A stretch of 63,394 nucleotides of DNA, counting the filler, from Olpidium bornovanus S191 (lineage: Eukaryota > Fungi > Olpidiomycota): NCBI GenBank assembly GCA_017911155.1. It is 31 parts of 31 records of this genome, joined end to end, with 100 filler letters (N's around TTAATTAATTAA, not from the genome) between each part and the next. Parts side by side here need not be neighbours in the genome. Positions count along the whole stretch, not along the records: positions 61,121 to 63,394 come from JAEFCI010003965.1; 30 more parts are not named here. One strand, 5' to 3'. Made by a program: the position numbers and the translations under genes. The notes below the pieces were generated by a model that saw only the letters and a program-made list of their open reading frames with translations, did no database searches and was not told the DNA's origin. This document shows positions 61,121-63,394 of the stretch, one piece after another (the stretch's first letter is position 1; the number at the start of each line of letters is the position of its first letter).

Positions 61121-61976
61121 CATGACCGGGAAGCCAATCTGGCGCGCCTTATCCAGGCCTTTTTCGGCGTTGACGACCGTGGCCTGGCGGTAAATCTCCT
61201 CTGGTACGTGCACGTGGCCCTCAGCCGTAAGTGCAGTCGAGGTGATCCCGCTCCCGGACCACGGCATCGTCGGCACCGAGGCGGACTGGGCGACAATGGT
61301 GGACGCGATCTTGTCGCCCAGCGAACGCATCGCGAATCCTGGCGGCCCGATGAACACGATGGGTGGGTTGCACTTCTGCAGCTGCTCTGGCAGCCTCGGA
61401 TTCTCCGATGCGTGCCCCCTATTGTGCGAATTGAAGTCAGTGGGCTCCGCAGGGTAATACAGCAGCAAAAGCTGAGTAAGCCGATTTTCTGCAACGGCGG
61501 GGTACACACCACCCGGCCCATACGGCCTACGCAAACGGCAAAAAGTCAGACGGCGTTAGACACGCGAACGAGCAGCTCCGGAGGGAAACTGCCGCGGGCG
61601 TTGGCGCGGACGATCATACCTGCACAGCGGTCCTCTCGGCGATATCAACGATGAGGTCGACGTTCGCGTAGTTGTGATTATTGGAGCCGCCCGGTACCTC
61701 GACGTACTGGTCCGCCATCCTGATATACTCCGCGTTGACGCGCAGGTCTTCCGGCGTAGCCATGACGGTGAACTGGATGGCTTTCTCGTTGCCGAACGTC
61801 TCATACGCCCACTTCCTCACTGATCGGATCGCCTTTACGGCGGCGATGCCGTTCGTGGATAGCAAGACCTTGGTGATGACGGTGTTCCCTCCGGAAGATA
61901 CGACAAAATCCTCCACCATGCTCCGCGCCGTGACAGCACTAGCGGCGCCGACGGTCGCCGGGTGTTCGATGGTCAT
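61121..61976 (-). CDS. ACC1: Acetyl-CoA carboxylase, N-terminal biotin carboxylase domain (3' truncated)
   Basis: [21 protein letters not shown]; [35 protein letters not shown]; |AVWAGW|[11 protein letters not shown]; [33 protein letters not shown]; IGFPVM. In-frame stop just upstream of the ATG at 61976. Confidence 0.97.
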
Positions 61977-63394
61977 GGTTCAGGGCCGCCACGGGAAACT
62001 GGCAGGCACTTCAGAGCGAACAAACGCGTGCCCCTCAGTATCTTCGCCGGCAGCTGCGAGAACGGGCAGCGGTCTCTCAACAGCGGCTCGCCACGCGAAG
62101 CGAGCCGTGAGAGGCCGGAGCGAGAAGTGCTACGGCCCAACTGTTTCCACAGGACCACCGTGCGTCCGGACATACCGTAAAACCAGCTGTCGTCCGCGAA
62201 GGCTTCGGAATCCGCTGCCTGGCGAACAACTGGGGATCCTGGAGCCGCACGCGGGGGAGACCAGCAAGATGTGACAAAGCCTGAGTTCAGTACTCCACGG
62301 CGGCGACGAGCGCTGTAGTTGTCCCGCCGCGCGGACCGCGGCGAGCGGGGAGTGGCGGCCTCCCGAGCGTTGCCTGCAAAGTGCGCCTGCGCTCCCTTCC
62401 CCCCCCCCCTTCTCCATCCGGTTGCCTCACATTACCTCAAAACCTCCGTTGACGGGCGCAGGAACGGGGGACCAAGCGCGAAGAGAGCCCTCGCCCCCCC
62501 CCCCCTCTCAACACCTATATGAAGTACATTCCCCGAGCAAACGACGGGAACCGTGCAGCGGCCAGAAGGGAAGGGAAAGGAAAAAGGGGGAGGGAACGAG
62601 GAAGGCGAAAGGGGGGAGGGGGGGCGGGAAGGCGACGCGGCTTGGCGTGAATTGGAAAAGGGAGGAGGGGGGCGGCGGGAGTTATGCGTCGTCGGTCGGT
62701 CGGGGGTGGCCCAGGCGGGGCAAAAACCACGGTACAACGGCCCCTTTTCCCCCCCCGTTCCTCCTCCCAATCTAATCAAGGCCGACCATTGCGGGAACGG
62801 AGAAGAGGGGGGGAGGGAGTTGGGTGGAAGGAAGAGCCGCCCCCCCCCTCCCGTCCCCCGCGCGCCGCCTCCCCCGCTTGCACCTGCCGCCCCTCGGCGC
62901 AGAGCAGAGGAACGACGTCTTCGTTCTCTCTCTCCCTCGCACACACGCGCACACACTCTCGTTTGCCGCGGCGCAGTGTAAGCAGTTCGATTGCGGGGGA
63001 AGGGGGCGTGCGTGCCATTTCCGTCCCTTTTTTCTCCCTTCCCGCAGGGAGAGGGGGTCTTTTTTTTTTCCTGTTTGGATTTTCTGTTTGGAGGCGAGGT
63101 TTGTCCGCACGCGGGCGCCTTTCGTGTTTTTTGGAGGCGCGCCGGGGGGCCGGTGGGGATCCTGTACTGGCGGGGTCAGGGAGAGGCGGGGGGGGGGCTG
63201 TTGCTGTGTGCAGAGAAGCAAGCTGCTAACGAAATGACAACGCACCCCGCGAGTACATACGGTCCACATGTATCATGGACTGTTTGGAATCTGTTATTTT
63301 TGGATGCGTAGGCCCCTTTTTTGCAAAAAGAAAGTCTCCGTAAGGACGAAACAGAAAGAGGATTTTGAAGGCGGCCAGTTTGCGCAGTGCATTC

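Overview
This is not a contiguous locus. It is 31 short contigs (about 1-4 kb) of an intron-rich, GC-rich eukaryotic genome, joined by 30 identical artificial 100-bp spacers (44 N + TTAATTAATTAA + 44 N). Gene neighbourhood across spacers therefore cannot be trusted. Gene content (division-1 chitin synthase, fungal-type housekeeping genes, inosine-type tRNAs, GT-AG introns) indicates a fungus. An early-diverging lineage is likely; my unverified guess is an Olpidium-like zoosporic fungus. Recognisable genes, mostly truncated by contig ends: ZWF1, MET7/FPGS, a Rom-type CNH domain, SMB1, NHP2, two PAP1 paralogs, an EH-domain protein, Vma22/CCDC115, a Cdc27-like TPR, a Tim44-domain (Mba1/mL45-like) protein, an intronless GT2 glycosyltransferase, chitin synthase, UDP-glucose dehydrogenase, SPB4, TAF11, RPL25, a tail-anchored EEP hydrolase, CDH1 and ACC1. 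There are also tRNA-Ile(AAT), tRNA-Ala(AGC) and LTR-retrotransposon remnants. The most interesting leads are: an AT-rich, intronless ORF fragment resembling the Cys-rich C-terminus of giant-virus-type D5-like helicase-primases (55959-56433); the intronless GT2; duplicated PAP1; nested LTR elements with a GGTTATGAGCCC primer site; a missing canonical 3' splice site in RPL25; KKE-extended Nhp2; and a possible poison exon in SMB1. All family assignments come from motif recognition by eye; no database search was run.
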